Source: a virus (lineage: Duplodnaviria; Heunggongvirae; Uroviricota; Caudoviricetes). Taken from it: a DNA stretch of 29,282 nt. The notes beneath the pieces are model-generated. The model was given only the letters and a program-made list of their open reading frames with translations. It was not told where the DNA came from and made no database searches. Both the position numbers and the translations under genes were made by a program. Shown here piece after piece: positions 26,408-29,282 of this stretch. The stretch lies in the IMG/VR virus record IMGVR_UViG_3300036945_000745. One strand, 5' to 3'. Numbering within the stretch: the first letter of the stretch is position 1; each line of letters starts with the position of its first letter.

Positions 26408-28546
26408 TTATCGTCTTTTTTTATCACAAGAAACAATGTGCGATGGATTAACATTATTTGGTGTCATCCATTTTTTGCCACCAATTGTACTAAATTTAAA
26501 ACCTGGATTATATGACCATCCCATACAACATTTTTTAATAATGCCATCCAATTCTTCATTAACAACTACTCCCGTTCTTTCGTTTACTTTACTTCTTTCG
26601 TTTGAAAAGTAATTAAAATCGGTATCATTGTTATTTATTTCTTGTATAGTTGCTCCAGATAGTGTATGTAATTTTAATAATCTTTTATATTCAACTTTTG
26701 ATTTTGCGTCAAATGGACCTACTCCATTTCTCATAGCAGTTTGAAATGCGTTCTCAGCCTGCTTCTCAGCTTGCTCCATAATTCGTTTATAATCATCTTT
26801 AGATATGATATTATTATCTAAAGCCCATTTTATATGATTATTAATTTCCTTTTCTTTGGCGGAAATTTGTGTAGATGATGGTGGGTATGTACCATCTTTA
26901 CTTTTTCCATATACAAATTGATGGGTTGATAATAAACTATTTAATACATTTTTTGTATTTTTGTTTTTATATTCAGTTTGTTCTACTTTTGAATCACTCT
27001 GACCTGCTCCACCTTCTGCAAATTTAACACTCTGACCACCAACTAACACCATAGATGTTTTAATCATCTTAAAATTATCAGCTATCGATTTTGCAACATT
27101 ACCATTTTTAGATAATTTTAAATTTGGCTCTTTAAATGCTATTACATCGGATACCTTAAATGTTTCAGATGATGGTAAAAATGCATGATATCCTCTACCC
27201 AACATTTTTGCAAATACCAATACTTCTAATAAATCGGGTACAGCTGTTCTAAAATCTTTATTAAGAGTCATTGCCCCCAATACATCATCTACTTCTTTTT
27301 CAAAATTTGGATTACTTCCATTTTGATTAAACTTAATACTATTGAATTTATCCAAAATACTCTTTTGTTCTTTTGTAATAGCTCCGTTTCTTTGGAATAG
27401 TTCTGAAAACTTATTTGTATAAAGTTTCTTAACGTTATCAAATGTTTTTACTCTACCTTCCGGTGTAGATGTATCACCAAAGTCAACTACCTCAAATTTA
27501 CCGGCAGTTGTCATCATTTCCAATTGTTTATTATATCTTCTTAATGCTGCTATGGCTGTTTTGGCTTCGATTTGAGCATTTGGTATTCCCAATTTATTGA
27601 GTTCCAATGCTAATTCCTTTTCTTTTGGTATAGAAATTGGTTTATGAACGACTCCTTCTAATGTAATAGAGCCATCCTTTCCCTTATCCGCACTAATTGT
27701 TTTTCTAGCTTTAGTTATTTTGTTTGCTACAACTTCTTTTTTACCTAACGCACCTTCTTGTGCTTTTGTAGATTGTAAACCAAATGATTGTGTAAGTTGT
27801 TTAAGCGCCTCTCTTTTAGTAGCACCAAATTCAACCTTTTTGTGTTTTTTAAACTCACCAGGTGTTACGTTTGCTATATATAATGTAGCTTCACCTTCTT
27901 TATCTTTAAATGCTACAAACTTTTGTAATAAATCTTTTTCTTTCGCATTAACCTTTTGGCCTGATATCATTTTTTCAAATCCACCAACTAAAGTTTTTAT
28001 TCCTATATCTCCTAAACTCTTCTTTAATTCGGATGAAAAATCCTTTTGAATAACCTGTGCTAAAGCGGCTGTTCTTTTAGAAACTTCTTCAGGTTTTAAA
28101 TTTAAATCAGAAGTAGTTGGAGTTGGAGTAGGTTTTACTTTCGGTTCTGATTTTGTTGGAAACACACTTGCTCCCTTTCCTTTACCAAATACATTAGGTT
28201 TTTCCTCATCATCGGCTGTGGCATCTACTGTTGTTAAATCATCTTCACTATATCCACCTTTATCAAGCATATTACTAGCTATTCTAAATGCCTGTGATGA
28301 TTTTTTGTATCTTAGAGCGCTATCTACTTTTACTAAGTTACCCGTTTCTGGGTTTTTAAATGTAGTAGCCAATAGTTTTTCTAAACTTTGCTTAGCTTCT
28401 AATGCCAATTGCTTTGCATTAGGTACACGATTTTCTTCTAAAATGATTATAAGTTCATTTAGATGTTGCTCGTTTGTTAAATCAACTATTCCTTGTGGGA
28501 TTCTGTAACTTAATTCCAATAATATTTCTTCGAAATTTGGAGTCAT
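26408..28546 (-). CDS. Large hypothetical protein (712 aa), modular, with a possible C-terminal restriction-endonuclease-like domain
   Basis: The long ORF is secure. Helical N-terminus, KNPETG..VKV motif, acidic and PT-rich linker, then LLEV...LP...FKVSDVIAF...QSVKF. Function is tentative. Confidence 0.5.
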   Translation of the reverse strand: MTPNFEEILLELSYRIPQGIVDLTNEQHLNELIIILEENRVPNAKQLALEAKQSLEKLLATTFKNPETGNLVKVDSALRYKKSSQAFRIASNMLDKGGYSEDDLTTVDATADDEEKPNVFGKGKGASVFPTKSEPKVKPTPTPTTSDLNLKPEEVSKRTAALAQVIQKDFSSELKKSLGDIGIKTLVGGFEKMISGQKVNAKEKDLLQKFVAFKDKEGEATLYIANVTPGEFKKHKKVEFGATKREALKQLTQSFGLQSTKAQEGALGKKEVVANKITKARKTISADKGKDGSITLEGVVHKPISIPKEKELALELNKLGIPNAQIEAKTAIAALRRYNKQLEMMTTAGKFEVVDFGDTSTPEGRVKTFDNVKKLYTNKFSELFQRNGAITKEQKSILDKFNSIKFNQNGSNPNFEKEVDDVLGAMTLNKDFRTAVPDLLEVLVFAKMLGRGYHAFLPSSETFKVSDVIAFKEPNLKLSKNGNVAKSIADNFKMIKTSMVLVGGQSVKFAEGGAGQSDSKVEQTEYKNKNTKNVLNSLLSTHQFVYGKSKDGTYPPSSTQISAKEKEINNHIKWALDNNIISKDDYKRIMEQAEKQAENAFQTAMRNGVGPFDAKSKVEYKRLLKLHTLSGATIQEINNNDTDFNYFSNERSKVNERTGVVVNEELDGIIKKCCMGWSYNPGFKFSTIGGKKWMTPNNVNPSHIVSCDKKRR

Positions 28547-28598
28547 TATTTATTGCGTGTTTGTTCCTATATAATTATATGATTATAAATATAAACTT

Positions 28599-29282
28599 TT
28601 ATTTAATAACCTCTAAATTATCGTAATTAGTTCCCTCATATGATTTAACGGGAAACCCACCTCTTTCCAACGTAGTAGTTAATTCATCTAAAAGGTGTTC
28701 TCTATCTTGCGGATGTACATCAATTAAGAACGCATCGTAGGTATATAGTATCATTTTTGACTTTCTATTCTCACACCACTTCAGTACTTCATCAATCTTA
28801 GTATAATTAATTTCAGTTTCTAACGCCTGAAGTAAATAGTTGAATACCTTTTGTTCGTTCGCCGCTTCGATTCGTTGGAATGGAATTTCCCTCTTATATA
28901 GAGGCGTCGTCAATTTTCCCGAAATTACGAACTTTTGGTAAACCGATTGAATGTATGCATCTACCTTTTGAAAGAATGGAATGGTTTTAGCAAACTCATC
29001 CAATCCCCCATAAAGATATCGGAATGATAAGGCTTTGGATTCTTCGGTCGTAACCCCATAATATTTTGATAGATGTTGGTGTGCCGTTTCCCCTTCCGGA
29101 AATACATACCCAACCATCTTACCAATGATACGGATGTGATAGGACTCGTAATCGAATTGAATCAAAGTACCCCCATCAAACCTACTCACTATATTACCCC
29201 TACTACCATCGGATTTATTCATCGCAGCCCAATTCACATTAAGATGGCGATTACTCGGTCTACCCGTTACCGTATATGGATT
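28599..29282 (-). CDS. polA: Divergent, compact family A DNA polymerase domain; 5' end is off the window
   Basis: The frame is open to the edge: NPYTVTGRPSNRHLNVNWAAMNK (TGR motif), motif A FDYESYHIRI, motif B SKALSFRYLYGG, FNYLLQ, motif C YTYDAFLID. Confidence 0.85.
   Translation of the reverse strand, partial: NPYTVTGRPSNRHLNVNWAAMNKSDGSRGNIVSRFDGGTLIQFDYESYHIRIIGKMVGYVFPEGETAHQHLSKYYGVTTEESKALSFRYLYGGLDEFAKTIPFFQKVDAYIQSVYQKFVISGKLTTPLYKREIPFQRIEAANEQKVFNYLLQALETEINYTKIDEVLKWCENRKSKMILYTYDAFLIDVHPQDREHLLDELTTTLERGGFPVKSYEGTNYDNLEVIK

Noticed and set aside
521-28508. All plus-strand ORFs in the track (e.g. 521-820, 1206-1589, 17422-17679, 24122-24388, 27720-28049) and nested off-frame minus-strand ORFs (e.g. 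2158-2361, 7821-8030, 13088-13276)
   Set aside because: They lie within or antisense to well-supported genes, have no recognisable motifs, and show the composition expected of shadow ORFs.
28584-28592. T4 late promoter TATAAATA
   Set aside because: The exact T4 consensus reads on the plus strand, opposite to every gene. It is kept only as a weak reverse-orientation motif candidate.
1-29282. Stop-codon reassignment as seen in some large gut phages
   Set aside because: Conserved genes are full length in code 11, and TAA, TAG and TGA all occur at genuine gene ends.
1-29282. tRNA or rRNA genes
   Set aside because: Intergenic gaps are short and AT-rich and are accounted for by promoters; no cloverleaf or T-loop motifs were seen.

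Overview
An AT-rich, gene-dense segment of a large T4-superfamily-like dsDNA phage genome. All credible genes are on the minus strand and read in standard code 11. The host is most likely Bacteroidota: six intergenic TTTGG-N19-TAnnTTTG-type promoters and A-rich start regions without a Shine-Dalgarno sequence. The window holds the replication and nucleotide-metabolism module: family B DNA polymerase, sliding clamp, two clamp-loader subunits, DnaB-like helicase, gp32-like SSB, RecA/UvsX, 5'-3' flap exonuclease, Cas4/AddB-like nuclease, class I RNR alpha and beta, thioredoxin, dUTPase, dCMP deaminase, PhoH, GroES, and a divergent family A polymerase domain cut by the window edge. The most striking feature is a block directly upstream of PolB (9480-15562). 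It contains two tandem Mom-like GNAT genes, a DruA/DUF4338-like gene, a 680-aa protein with degenerate DUF262/ParB-like and HNH-like motifs, and an atypical GT-B glycosyltransferase overlapping the PolB start codon. This is a candidate undescribed phage DNA hypermodification or anti-restriction system. Other signals are a DUF1599 (Nmad1)-like gene coupled to dCMP deaminase and an apparent complete absence of GATC across 29 kb. All family assignments come from motif recognition by eye, not database searches.
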